The notes under the pieces are model-generated. The model saw only the letters and a list, made by a program, of their open reading frames with translations. It was not told where the DNA came from and ran no database searches. This document shows, piece after piece, positions 15,121-29,945 of a DNA stretch of 64,000 bases. The stretch is from the human T2T-CHM13v2.0 reference genome, Homo sapiens, in NCBI RefSeq assembly GCF_009914755.1, contig NC_060940.1. One strand, given 5' to 3'. Every line of letters starts with the position of its first letter. Positions within the stretch are counted from its first letter, which is position 1. A program made the translations under genes and the position numbers.

Positions 15121-15469
15121 TTTGGCTTCTCCCTGGAAATGAATCTTGTTTTCTTTGACCTTCACTTGGCTTGAGGCAGGGCCAACTTCCAAGACTGAGC
15201 CTCACAGAGTGGGCTCCCCGCTCAGGGCTGCCGTTTCAGAACATCAACAAGAAACCCGGACAGGAGATCAAAGGGAGCCTGGCTGGAAACCTCGGGACAG
15301 GGCGGGCACAGCCAGGCACTGGAAGGCAAGAGCACCTTGTAGCTGCCCGCCCATTGATGGGGCCGGCCCAGGCCCCCCAGCCTCAGCCACCCTCTCACCC
15401 CATCGGGTCTACGCCTAACCAAGGGCCACCTGTACTGGCATTTACGTCACATCCATCCATTACTTTGTC

Positions 15470-15775
15470 ATTGTTGTTTTATTGTAAAATGCACATAACA
15501 TAAAATTTACCATTTTAACCCCAGTAAAGTCCACAATTCATTGGTATTAAGCACAGTCACAGTGTTGTGCAGCCATCACCTCTATCTGGTTCCAGAGCTT
15601 TTCATCACCCCAAAAGGAAACTTCATCTCCATGAGCAGTCACTCCCCACGCCCCTTCCCTAACCCCTGGCAACCACTCATCCACTTTTTGTCTCTAGGAC
15701 CTCCCTCTTCTGGGCATTTCATATCAGTGGGATTGTATCATATGTGACCCTTTGTGACTGATTTATTTCAGTCAT
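15470..15775 (-). mobile_element. L1MB-like 3' end
   Basis: cataacataaaatttaccattttaacc...gtgttgtgcagccatcacc. Confidence 0.8.
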
Positions 15776-15795
15776 TACTTTTCAAACTGATATAA

Positions 15796-15798
<3 letters not shown>

Positions 15799-15834
<36 letters not shown>

Positions 15835-15850
15835 CATACACACACACACA

Positions 15851-15894
<44 letters not shown>

Positions 15895-16174
15895 GAGAGA
15901 GAGAGACGGAGTCTCAATCTGTCACCCAGTCTGGAGTGCAGTGGCACAGTCACGGCTCACTGCAGCCCAACCTCCCAGGCTCAACCAATCCTCCCACTTC
16001 AGCCTCCCAAGTGGCTGGGACCACAGGCGGGTGCCAGCATGCCCAGCTAAATTTTTTTATTTTTTGTAGTGAAGGGGTCTCACTAGTATATGTTGCCCAG
16101 GCTAGTCTCAAACTCCTGGACTCAAGTGATCCTCCTGCCTTGGCCTTCCAACCTAAATGCCACCAGGCCCAGCC
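15799..16174 (-). mobile_element. AluJ with compound (TA)n(CA)n(GA)n tail
   Basis: Antisense diverged Alu at 15903-16174; microsatellite at 15799-15905. Confidence 0.9.
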
Positions 16175-16434
16175 TAAATGCATCTTAAAAGGAAACTTCA
16201 TGTTACCATCAACAATAGAAGCCATCTATCACTTACCATAAATAGAAATCAACTATAAAAAATTAATACACTGAAAACAAATTCTCATCACCCGTTGCTC
16301 AGTTCAGGGAACATTTGTTGAGCTCTTCCCATGCCCCAGTCACTGAGTTCATCATTGCCACAGGAAGCTGGGACTCAGCCCTGCTGGGAGCTTCCGAGGA
16401 ACTTTTCGAGCTGTACCTGAGTTGTCCTCTAAAG

Positions 16435-16769
16435 CAGCCATCCCCGGTCTTTTTGGCACCAGGGATCAGTTTCATGGAAGACAGTTTTTCCATGGATGGT
16501 TGGGGGAGATGGTTTCAGGATGAAACTGTTCCACCTTACACCACCAGGCATTAGATTCTTGAAGGAACACACACCCTAGATCCGTGCATGTGCAGTTCAC
16601 AGTAGGGTTTGCACTCCTATGAGAAGCTAATGCCGCTGCTTATCTGACAGGAGGCCGAGCTCAGGCCGTAATTTTAGCTTGCCTGCTGCTCACCTCCTGC
16701 TGTGCGGCCTGGTTCCTAACAGGTCATGGACCAGTATTGTCCTCGGCCTGGGGGGACTGGGGACCCCTG
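16435..16769 (-). mobile_element. MER1B hAT-Charlie DNA transposon
   Basis: Terminal ggggacccctg, body gctcacctcctgctgtgcggcctggttcctaacagg; perfect 8-bp TSD ctctaaag at 16427-16434 and 16770-16777. Confidence 0.93.
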
Positions 16770-17019
16770 CTCTAAAGAACAGGAGGCAGGGATGGACTCC
16801 CATCCCCTAATGGGTCTAGGGATACCTCCTGGGGAATTCACCTTCCCCACCCTTCTGGCTGCAGCTTGGAGATTACTGAGGCCTGCAGGGTCCTGGGAAG
16901 GGATGCAGTTGGCATACACGGGAACTGTCCACAGAAATAAGAAGTGGGCTGGCAGGATGTAGCAGAAAGCACTCACACGGTCTGCAACATGGAAATCATT
17001 TTGTGTCACTTCGTAAATT

Positions 17020-17420
17020 TCTGATTCATTCCATTTTACAGCCACCTAATATATCATTGTGTGACTAAACCAACAACGACTTAATATATTTTTTATTGAT
17101 AGATCCTTGGGGTGCTTCTATCTTTTTGCTATCACCAACAATGCTGAAATTGAAATAGTTATAATCATTCCATCTGTGTATGAGTATAATCTTAATATAA
17201 ATATCTAGAACTGAAATTGGGGGTCAAAGGATAAGTGACTGTACATCACAATAGGTATTTCCAAAGTGTTTTCTTTAGAGATGCTGTCAGCTTATCCTCT
17301 CACCAACAATTTATGAAAATGCCCATTTCTGCATCACCAATATGGTGAGTTATTCAATTTTGGCCAGTCTGATAGGTGAGAAATGCATATACTTCACTGT
17401 GGCTTTAATTTGCATTTGAG
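17020..17420 (-). mobile_element. Old L1M fragment
   Basis: ttggccagtctgataggtgagaaatg...ttaatttgcattt. Confidence 0.7.
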
Positions 17421-17444
17421 ATTTGTGTTTAATTGGCATATTCC

Positions 17445-17535
17445 AATCTCCATTTTGCAGATGAGAAAACAGACTCAGAGAGGTTAAGGAACTTGTCCAC
17501 GGTCACAGCCAGCAAGCGCAAAGCCAGGCTCTGTG
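17445..17535 (-). mobile_element. MIR core
   Basis: ccattttgcagatgagaaaacagactcagagaggttaag. Confidence 0.8.
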
Positions 17536-19269
17536 TCCTGGGCTTGTCCCTCTCCATTCCTGCTGGATCTCACAGCACATGATGTATCCTGTCACTTGTG
17601 GATGTGGCTCACGCCACAAATGGAGTGGAACCTCCTGGCTGGGAGGCTCTATCGCACTTGGTGCCTGGCTCAAGGTGTAGAAAATGAACACCCCCAACAC
17701 ATTTCTGGCGACATTGCTGGATTGGATTTTCATACCCGCAAAGCCACAGTGCAGCCTGAGATCAAGGATGCCACAAAAGGAAAGAGAAACCCCACAGGAC
17801 AAAACGGCCAGAGTCATTGTCACAGAGAGACCTTCATGACCTCATGGCTTCTGTTGACTTCCCTGAACCCCCCTTTTCAGCAGGGTGGTCATGGCTAGGC
17901 TGAGAGATGATTCATGCCAGTGCCTCAGGGGCATCTCCAGAACAGGGAATAGCTGGAGATGAGGAGAGTCAGGACCCAGATAGAAAGACCTGGGAAAAAC
18001 CACACACTCTGGGCGGGTGGGTTTCATATCCCACAGGTTCCGGCAAAAGCAAGACTGAATTTTTTTCAGGGTATTGTGTATTTAATAATGTTTTGCGAGT
18101 GCTTATAAAGCCCCCAACTAACAAAGGATTCAGAAGACATTCTGAGCAGACTTTCCACAGCCCTAGGATGATGGAAAGGGCAGAGGCAACCAGGTATGCA
18201 CGGTGCATGTGAGGGACTCAGAGCACACCCTTCCCCACCATGTGCTTTGAAGCACATTGCAAAGATCAGCCTTGTGGTTCCACTTTATCCATGAGAAAAT
18301 GGGGTTTCAGAATGGCAATGTGGCCTGCTTAAGGTCCTATGGTCGGAATGGCAGATCCTGGGGTGGCTCTAAATAAATTTAGTGTTCAACAAGTACTTCT
18401 CAAAGGCCCCCTTTCTGCCGGTCATGCTGCTAGGACCAATGCTGCAGCTGTAAGAGACAAGTGGATGGGGAACACGAGTGGGTGGGGCTGGCTGTCCCCC
18501 TTGTCCCCCTCAGTGCTCTCTCAGGGGCCTCCCCGGCCACTTCCCAGCACCCCTCTCCAGGGCTGAAGGGTCCACAAGGGCTTGCTACTCCGAGCACTGG
18601 CCAGGTCCTGAACCCCATTCCTGCTAGAGCCTCGTTTTGCCCCCTCTCCTGCTGCAGAGAGCATCTCACATGTCCTGGAATGCAGCTCCACACTCCATGC
18701 TGGGTAGCAGGGGGCTCAGAGGCTGCCAAGACCTCCTCGGCAGTCCTGCTCCCTCGCAGACCTGGCCTCACAGAGCGAGGTCGCACCTGCAGCCATGAGG
18801 CCGGGCGCTGGGCCTGACAGCCGTCCGGGCTCAGCAGGTGCAGGGTGTGGGCCTGCAGCCTGAATTCCAAGAGTTTGGACACAGTGAATCCTGAGCTTGG
18901 ACACAGTGAGTCAGCCTCTGCCCTGACCCCAAGCCTGCTGGGCAGGTCTACGCCAAGTCCAACCAGGCGTGGAAGGAGAGACCCCACAGCACTATGTCTG
19001 GGCCTCTACATGATCTCGTGGCTCCTGCATGATCACAAAAATAACCTAGAATGTCTGAGCTTGGCTTCAGCCATCCTCTTTATAGCCTGTAAGAGAGGCT
19101 GCCATTCAAATCTGCCTCTGTGAGGCATAGGCAGGGGAGAGTAGCCAGGAAGAGCCCCATTCTTCCTCAGAGCCCTGCCAACAAGACAGAGGAGCCAAGA
19201 GAGCCACCAGCATGAGGTGGACCATTAGCTGAGCAAAATCCACTGAGTCCGGGGGCTCCTTATCAGCCA

Positions 19270-19640
19270 AGCACCTCTCTTCCCCTTCCTCCAACCCACA
19301 ACCCTTCCTTTGTGGAACGGCCCCTCCTCCCTTGTGGTGGGGGGTTGCCAATCATAGGAGTTCACCCTCTGGCCATTATGATTGGCCAAAGAATAGCATG
19401 TGACTCAAGCTAGACCAATCATGTTATTCCCTGGGATTTTTCTATGTGGATCTAGGGGAAAAAAAACTCCTGTGGGATAGCTGTCCTGAGAGAAGGGAAC
19501 CAATACACAAAAACAGAAAGGGAAGACAGAGACAGGGTCCTGATAGGGCTGCAGTCTCCAGCTCTGGGCGCCTCTAAGCCACCTCCCCACCTGCCCTTCC
19601 CATGAGCTGAGGCAGTGCCCTGCTTCCCTTATGCTGTCTT
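19270..19640. mobile_element. Ancient ERVL/MaLR-type LTR fragment
   Basis: tgattggccaaagaatagcatgtgactcaagctagaccaatc...ccctgggatttt; related motifs at 24400-24960 and 56770-57230. Confidence 0.5.
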
Positions 19641-19804
19641 GAAGAAATTCTGACCATGTGCATTTCTTGAGCACTTACAAGATGTCAAGCACTGTCCTGG
19701 GTGGTGCACATGGATTAATGCAATTGACCCCGCAAAAGCCCTCCTGTGAGGAAACACTATTTATGTCCCCATTTTATAGCTGATGAAACAAAGCATGCAG
19801 AGTT

Positions 19805-20325
19805 TGCATTCATCAGGGTTCTCCAGAGAAACAGAAGCAGTATATACGTATTATAAGGATTGGCTCATGCCACGATGGAGGCTGGGGAGTCCCGCAATCT
19901 GCTGTCTGCAGGCTGGAGGTCCAGGAAAGCCTGGTGGTGGTGCTGTAGTTGGAAGTCGGTCCAGTTGTAGTTGGTCCAGGTGGTGTGGTGGGAAGGCTGA
20001 GAGCTGGACAGCCAAGGGCATAGATTCCAGTCCAGATCTGAAGACCTGAGAACCAGGAGTGCTGAGGCAGGAGATGGATGTCCTGGTTCAAGCAGCCAGG
20101 CAGACAGCAAACCCCACTCTCCCCTGCCTTTTTGTTCTATTCAGGCCCTCAACGGATTGAATGGCACCCACCTACACTGGGGAGGGCCACCTGCTTTCCT
20201 CAGTCCACCAATTCAAATGTTGGCCTCTTCCAGTAATCCCCTCACAGACACATCTGGAAATCATGTTTAAGCAGCTACCTGGGCATACTTTCACCCAGTC
20301 AAGTTGACATTAAATTAATCAGCAC
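19805..20325 (-). mobile_element. MLT2 (ERVL) solo LTR inserted in a MIR
   Basis: cagggttctccagagaaacagaa...cccagtcaagttgacattaaattaatcagcaca. Confidence 0.9.
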
Positions 20326-20376
20326 AAAGGTGAACAGCTCACACCAGGGCACAAAGCTCACAAGAACAAGTAGGCA

Positions 20377-20697
20377 GGCCAGGTGCAGTGGCTCACACCT
20401 ATAATCCCAGCACTTTGGAAAGCCAAGGCAGACAGATCACTTGAGCCCAGGAGTTTGAGACCAGCCTGACCAACATGGTGAAACCCTATCTCTACTAGAA
20501 ATATAAAAAGTAGCCAGGAGTGGTGGCACATGCCTGTAATCCCAATTGCTTCAGAGGCTGAGGCATGAGAATCACCTGAACCTGGGAGACAAAGGTTGCA
20601 GTTACCCAAGATTGTGCCACTGCACTCCAGCTTGGGAGACAAAGTGAGACTGTCTCAAAAAAAAAAAAAAGAAAAGAAAGAAAAGAAAAAGAAGAAA
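20377..20697 (+). mobile_element. Alu (old S/J)
   Basis: Full dimer; degenerate TSD aagaacaagtaggca / aagaaccagtaagca. Confidence 0.93.
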
Positions 20698-20789
20698 AAG
20701 AACCAGTAAGCAGAGCCAGGGTTTGAAGCCAGGCCTCTCTGCTGCCTTGTGTTCTGCACTTCAGGAGAGCCTCGAAGGTGGGAGCCACT

Positions 20790-21200
20790 ACTGCCAACCC
20801 ACAGCCAGAGCCACCTCTTCCTGAGCCTGGATGTAAAGTGTGGCCACATGACCTGCTCTGGCCAAGCAAATGGGAATGGAAGTGACATGTGCCCCCTGGG
20901 CAGAAGCATCCTGTGGCTGGAACCTCTGCTCTTTAGCTCTCCCTTGCCCAGCCCAGAGGAAGTGCGTGCTGACATGGAGGTGCCTCTAGATCAAAGCCAC
21001 CTGGACGCTGAGCACATTTATAGGCGGTAGCTGTCCTGGTGAGCATTTGTTGACTATATCTCTGTGATATAGTCACAGATATATATATATCTGCCCACAG
21101 TTGACTATATCTCTGTGAGAAATCAGCATTGGCTGCACTGTGACCCTGATACGTGGGACTGTTTCTCACTGCCACAGAGCCCAGCCCATTCTGAACAACG
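20790..21200 (+). mobile_element. Old MLT1 (J/K-like) LTR
   Basis: gtggccacatgacctgctctggccaa...ggaagtgacatgtgcc. Confidence 0.6.
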
Positions 21201-21730
21201 AAGCTGTTTGTGTGACTTGCAAATGAAGAGTCTTGCCTGAGCCCCACGGGCCAGCATGAACTCTCATCGCTTTTCAATCAACTGAATGCCTCATCCTGTT
21301 TGCTTTTGCCGATTACATTGGTATAGTAAGACAGGCTTCCTCCTGGCCAGTCAGGGTGCTTGGCGGCGTCTGTACTGCAGGACCCATACGAGAGCATCCC
21401 CAGGGTTTTACCTCTCCCAGCCCATTGGCAACAGATGCAGTGACAGTGATGCCTGGAGACAAAGCCTGGATCACAGGCTCAATCTCTGACAGATCGCAGC
21501 CCCTCGGGAAGCCCATGGACTGTTCAGCGGGTGCTATTTCTGCTTGAAAATTACTTCTCAAAACCTTGCAATAAAAATGACCAAAGATGACCACGGGGCA
21601 GTGCAGGGGGCACCTTGAAACTGACGAGATAAAATACAGGGGTATTTGACCATGTGGGACCCGCAAACACCACAGAGTATCTAATAATTTCAACAAGCGA
21701 TAGTCTCTAAAAACAACAACAGCACCACCC

Positions 21731-22200
21731 AGGCTGGGTGTGGGGGCTCACACCTGTAGTCCCATTGGGCGGCTGAGGCAGGAGAATCACTTGAGCCCAG
21801 GACGTCAAGGCTGCAGTGAGCAGTGATTGCACCACTGCATGCCAGCCTAAGCAAGAGAGCAAGACCTGCTTCAAAACCAAATGACAACAACAACAACAAA
21901 ACACCCACAACAACAAAAAAACCCACAACAACAAAAAAAAACCCACAACAAAAAAACACCCACAATAACAACAAAACACCCACAACCACCAAAAAACACC
22001 CACAACAAAAACACCCACAAAAAAAAACACCCACAAGAACAAAAGAACACCCACAACAATAAAAAACCCACAACAAAAAACACCCACGAGAACAACAAAA
22101 GAACACCCACAACAACAAAAAAACCCACAACAACAAAAAAACCCACAACAACAACAACAAAAACACCCAGAACAACAACAACAACAAAACACCCACACCA
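21731..22200 (+). mobile_element. Alu monomer (FRAM/right-arm-like) with tail expanded into an (ACCCACAACAACAAAAA)n minisatellite
   Basis: Monomer at 21731-21876; AC-rich tandem units at 21880-22200. Confidence 0.85.
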
Positions 22201-22959
22201 TTTTGGTTGCATCGTGAGGGAGTCTCAGGCACTAGGTCTCGCCCTCAGACTCCCACTATTGAATGTTCTTTCTTGGGCTCATTTTCAGTAATAAACAGTC
22301 TCAGAGCTCCAGAGCAGCCCGCCCAGCCTTCCCAGCATGAACACGCATCTTCCTAAACAACGCTGCGGGTCAGTAGTAAGATACTTACTAAGTGCACACT
22401 ACATATTGGGCACTGTGCTCAGCCTCAGGGACCCGTCAGCGAATGGAGACCCAGCCCTCAACTCCCAGTCTCATGAGGGAACAGACACAAAAGGCACATC
22501 TGCAAATGGCCAGGACAGGCCTTGGGTAGCCCTGCTCAGGACTGGAACTGTGGCCCTCGGGCGCACTGCCCAGGCGGGGGTCCTTGAGCCAGAATGATCA
22601 GCCAAAGAGAAGTCTGAGCTGCAACTTAAATGAGAAAGGCAGTGTTGAGGATGCACTTACCACAGCCAGAGCTGAGACAGAGAGGAAGACTCGGAGGGGA
22701 CACTAGAGCCATCTGTGATTGAGGGGCAGTCCCATCCACTCTACATCCCCTCCATCCCCCAGTGCTGGGTCTGGGCTAGGACAGACATGGAAGAAGGCCA
22801 TCAGGTGTGGCCACTAAGAGTTCAGGTGCTGGGTCAGACACACACAAGTGCTACTCTGACCTGTCACCTCTCCACGCAGTGTTCTCAGCCAAGAAACCTC
22901 CCCTAACCACAGACTCCTCACCTGTAAAGTGGAGAGAATGATCACATTTGCCCCTAGAT

Positions 22960-23400
22960 CTTTGCTCTCCTGAGCATTTACCCCAGAGAAGTTCAAACTG
23001 AGGTTCACGCAAAATCTGTAAACAAATGTTCATACCAACTCTGCTTGTAATAGCCGAGAGGTAGAACAAGCCCACTTGCTCTTCAACAGGTGAAGGTATG
23101 AACTGTGGTTCATCTGCACTGTGGGGTGCTACTGGGCAAGAAAAAGGAACAAAAGAAAAAAGAAGGAGCTAATGACACACAGGACAACTTGGGAGGACCT
23201 CCAGGAAACTATGATAAATGAAAAAAGACAATCTCAAAAGGTTACTCTATGATTCCATCTATGTAACATTTTTGAAATGTTACATAAAACATTTAATAAC
23301 ATTTAAAGTGTTACGTAACATTTTAGAAATAGAACACAGATACGTGGTTGCCAGGGGTCAGGGAGAGGGGTGGGAGATGGGATGGGAGGAAGGTGGGTTG
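22960..23400 (+). mobile_element. L1MC/ME-like 3' end
   Basis: gagcatttaccccagagaa...aatctcaaaaggttac...gtggttgccaggggt. Confidence 0.7.
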
Positions 23401-23655
23401 TTCCCCTCTTTGTGTCCATGTGCATTCAATGTTTAGCCCCTACTCATAAGTGAGAATATGCAGTATTTGGTTTTCTGTTCCCGCATTGATTTGCTTAGGA
23501 TAGTGGCCTCCAGCTCCACCCATATTGCTGCAAATGACATGATCTCATTCTTTTTTTTATGGCTGTGTCCTATTCCATGGTGTGTATGTACCACATTTTC
23601 TTTATCCAGTCTACCATTCACGGGCATTTAGGTTGATTCGGTCTCTTTGCTATGG
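23400..23655 (-). mobile_element. L1PB/old L1PA 3' fragment
   Basis: ataagtgagaatatgcagtatttggttttctgttcc...gtaccacattttctttatccagtc. Confidence 0.85.
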
Positions 23656-23874
23656 ACTACACCCATTTTAAGGAGGTGGAGACTGAAGCCACACAGCTCA
23701 TAAGCAGCAGTGTCCAGCTGGACCTGAGCTCTCCGATTCCAAAGCCTGTACATTTTTCAGGAGCCTCATGAGGCTGAGCCACGTCACACTGGCAGCCCAC
23801 ACTCTGGAATGAGTCAGTCCCCAGGGAGCAGAACAGCATCCGTCTTAACTGTTTGTGGAGGTGAGGCCAGATGA

Positions 23875-24191
<317 letters not shown>

Positions 24192-24399
24192 TCTCATGCT
24201 ACTTTTAAAAGCTCCTGGCCCCTCAAAACCCATCAGAACCACCCTACCACCCACCTCTGACCTCCAAGCTCCTGCCCCTGCCTGTGTTCTGTTCCCTCAC
24301 ACCCTGTTGCTGGCACTGCCATACCCCTAGTGACTTTTATTCTCCAAGCACACTCAGTTTCATGTAAAACCATGGATTGTAACAGGCACTCCACTCTGT

Positions 24400-24960
24400 G
24401 TTTTATCCTCGCTTCCTTCTTTGGGGAAACTGCCCCTCCCAGCTCCAGCCTTGGGGCACCCACACACCTCAGCACATGATTGGCCCAAAGGGTAGGCATG
24501 TGATCTAGGCCAGTCCAATGAGAGTCAGCCCTGGGATTTTCCATCATAGAACAGGACAGACATTCTCTGTCCCTTCCTTGTTTTTACGCAGTAAGTTGGT
24601 TAAGATTTTCCTGGATTTTTTTGTATGCTGAGTAATTTTGATTTGTATCCTGGAATTTGGGAGAAATATGAGGAAAATGCTGCAAGGATGAGAGCTCAGA
24701 GTGTTCCCTGGCCATAGGCACCCCACCTTATGAAGAAAGCCTCAATGCAACGGAAGGAACAGAATGACAATTCAGAGAGAGGTGGACACCTGTGATGGAG
24801 GGGAGAGATGAGGACATGACAGCATTTGCGTTTCCAGATTTAGACTTCCCTGGGACCAGCCATTCCTACGTTTTCCCCGGTTCAGTTAAGTGAGTAAATG
24901 AACATTGTTTTACTTAAGCTTTGAATTTAGCAGGCTTCCACCTGCAGCCATAACTGTCCC
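24400..24960. mobile_element. Ancient ERVL/MaLR-type LTR
   Basis: tgattggcccaaagggtaggcatgtgatctaggccagtccaatgagag...cttaagctttgaatttag. Confidence 0.5.
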
Positions 24961-26064
24961 AACTAAAACGGTGAAGAAGCCATCAGAAGGGCCTGGGATG
25001 GAGGATGAGTCAACACTCTCCACCCTCTTCTCCACCGAATGCAGCTGGGATGTCCGACAAGAATGCATGGAGCAGCTGTGTGAGGACTCTGAACTGTAGA
25101 CCCAGCAGGCAGACTAGAAAAAAAAATTCAGTTTCACTGAACTAGAGCTGAGTCTCCCATTATTTCCCCCAGTATCCCCAGCCTAGACTCAAAGTGACCT
25201 CAAAATGAACACGGGTGCCAGGGTCAGAGAAAGAGCGCTTCAGGACAGGGAAGGGGGACAATGACGCAAATCTCAGTTTTCTTTTTATTTTCTTCTGTTC
25301 TGTTGCACCCCAGTTCTCCAACAATTCCGTGGCTTTACTAATGACAGTGACTACTGCATGGCCCATGGGCTCCTGAAACTCAGAGTGGGCAGAACCTTCC
25401 TCTCTGATAAGAAAAATCTGTGTTTCCACGAGATCAGAGTGGACCCCAGGTGTGTGTTCTCTCTCTCTCTCTCTCTCTCCCCCCCTCCCCCTCCCCCCCC
25501 CCCCCCCCTCTCTGCTCCCACCTCCTAGTCCCGGACTTGGCCACAGTTATGAGAAGTATGTGGCAAAACAGAATAACTGACAGCTCAGCTTTCTGACTGG
25601 ACAACCCCAAAAGGAAGCCCCAGGGAGCCTGAAAAATGCCAGGGAGATTGCAGAGAGGGCAGAGATCAGGAAAGAGACAGTTTAAAGTTGTTCATGAATC
25701 CTGGGCTCACCCTTAAACTGCACAGGCACGCATTTGACCCTACACAGCAGACCCAAGACATTGAGAACGGAACTCGAGGATAAACCGTCGCCAGGCCCAG
25801 GCCTGGCCACTGGGTGGCGCACGCACAGGACAGCTCTGAAGAGCACTGCCCTGCTTTGACGACTGAGTGGCCACTGGGAGCACAGCTCGCAGAGGCTGCT
25901 CGGAACCTGTTGCCTGAATCCAACCACCTTGATTGACCAATGAAACCAAACTATCAGCATCCTCCATGGCATTTAAACAAGACCTAGAGCCTCCTAATAT
26001 AGGATGCAAAATTCCAGGATACAGACCAAAATTACTCAGCATATGAAAATACAGGAAAATCTTA

Positions 26065-26607
<543 letters not shown>

Positions 26608-27303
26608 TTAGAACTAAACAATATGATAATCAAAATTTTAAAAGTCACCAGATGGGCTCAATAACAAAATCAAGATAACAGAGCAATGAGTCATTAAATA
26701 TGAGGATAAATTAATAGAAATCGTCCAACCTGAATAACAAAGGGAAAAAGAAGCAAAATTTTAAAACCAGAAAAAAAACAAATGAACAGAGACTGAAGCA
26801 CCTGTACCAGACGCCTGACGTCCACATCACAGGAATTCTAGATGGAGAAAAAAGAGAATGCAGGGTAGAAAAACATCAGAGGAAAGAAATGTCTCGAATT
26901 TGTCAAAAAGCAAAACCTCCAAATTCAAAAAGTTCAGTGAATCCCATAAAAGGGTATACTCAAAGAAACCCATGCCTAGACACATCAGAGTCAAAATGCT
27001 GAAAGCAAAGACCAAGAAACAATCCTGAAAGCAGCCAAAGAAAAACAATGTAACAGGAAAATAATGAAGCAAAAATTGATAGGACCAAAAGAAGAAACAG
27101 ACAAATGATCAATTATAGTTGGAGACTTCAATCTTATTCTCTAGGTAATTCAGAGAACAAATAGGAAGTCAGCAAAGATAAAAATGAACAGAATGGCCCC
27201 ATCAAGCAACTGGATGTCATTTACATTTACACCACACCAACAACAGCAAAAAAGGAAGAAAAAGAAAAACCTTCTCTTTGAGTACACATAGAACATTCAC
27301 AAA

Positions 27304-27901
<598 letters not shown>

Positions 27902-28482
27902 TTAAAAAAAATTAAAGTAATTTAAGAGAATTACAGTTGTAATAATACAAAGTATGGTCTCTGATAATAATGAAATTAAAACAGAAGTCAGTTACAGAAA
28001 AATAACAAAAAAATTTCCAAAACCTTGGAAACTAAACAAAACACTTCTAAATTATTCATGGGTCAAACAGAAACTCTGGAGGGAAGTTAGAAAATATTTT
28101 TAATTGAATGAGGGTGAAACTACAAGATATAAAATTTGTGGAATTCAGCTAAAGCAAGTGCTGGCAGACAAATTTATATCATCAAATGCTTACATTAGAA
28201 AAGAAGAAAGGACTTAGCCTGATCATCTGAGCTTCCACCTTCAGAAATTATAAATAGCAGAAATTATAAATAGCAGAGCAAAATCAGCCAGTCGAGCCAA
28301 AGGAAATCAATAAGAAAAGCAGAAACCGATGAGATTGAAAAGAGAAAAATAATAGAGAAAAATCAATGAAACAAAAAGCTGACTCAAAATAATTAATAAA
28401 ATTCTAGCAAGAGTGGCAAGGAAAAATAGAAGCATATATTATCAGTATTAGAAATTCAAGAAAGTATTCAATGAGACCCTCA

Positions 28483-28894
<412 letters not shown>

Positions 28895-29094
28895 GTTGCC
28901 CAGGAAGGAGGTGGGGGGGAGAGTGAGAGAGAAGACAAAAGGGCACCAGGACACTTTGGAGGTGATGGCATGTTCACTGTCTGAACTGCTGTGATGGCTT
29001 CATAGGTGACTACATATGTCAAAGCACCAAACTGTATGATCTAAATATGTGCAGTTCATTATATGTCCATTATATGCAAAGACGTTTTTAAAAA

Positions 29095-29945
29095 CTCAAC
29101 AGGAAGAAAAATAACCCAATTCAAAATGGACAAGAGACTTTAACAGCTGCTTCATCAAGGAAGATACATGGATGATGAGTAAGAACATAAGAAGTCTCCC
29201 TCATTAGACGTCAGGGAATTGCAAATTAAGACCATGATGACACCCCATCGCACACTCACTAAAACAGTTAAAACGAAAAATGCAACAATGCCAAGTGCCA
29301 GTGAAGAAAGGAAGAAACAGGAACAGTCATATGCTGCTCACAGTGTAAAATGGTGCAGCCACATTTAAAGTTTGGCAGTTTTTTTTAAAGTTAAATATAT
29401 ACCTACCATAGGACCCGGCAATCTCGCTCCGAGGTATTTACCCAAGAGAAATAAAGACAAATGTTCACACACAAACCTGCACACAAATGTTTGTAGCAGC
29501 TTTATTCGAAATCACCCCACACTGGAAGGAACCCAAATGTCCTTCAACTGGTGAATGGATAAACAGAATGTCGTACGTCCAAACAATGAAATATTACTCA
29601 GAAAGAGAAGAAGGATGAATCAGTGTGAATTACACACAATGACCTGGCTGGATCAGAGGCCTTACGCTGAGTGGAAGAAGTGAGGCTCAAAAGGTTCCAT
29701 ACCCTTAGGGTTCCATTCATAAGGCATTCTGGAAGAGACAAAATTCTTGTGATGAAGAACTGATTAGTGGGCGCCAAGAGTGAGTGATGAGGGGAGGGTG
29801 GAACTTCACAGGGATGGCCCGAGGGAGTTTTTGGAGTGATGAAACCGCTTTGCGTCCTGACTGTGATGAGGGCTGCACAAATCTACACATGTGTTAACAT
29901 GTACAACAAAAAGAAAGTCAATGTTCCTGTCATTTTTAAAACAAA
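29095..29945 (+). mobile_element. L1MC-like ORF2 end and 3'UTR
   Basis: aaataacccaattcaaaatggacaagagactttaacag...aggtatttacccaagagaaat...cccaaatgtccttcaactggtgaatggataaac. Confidence 0.85.
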
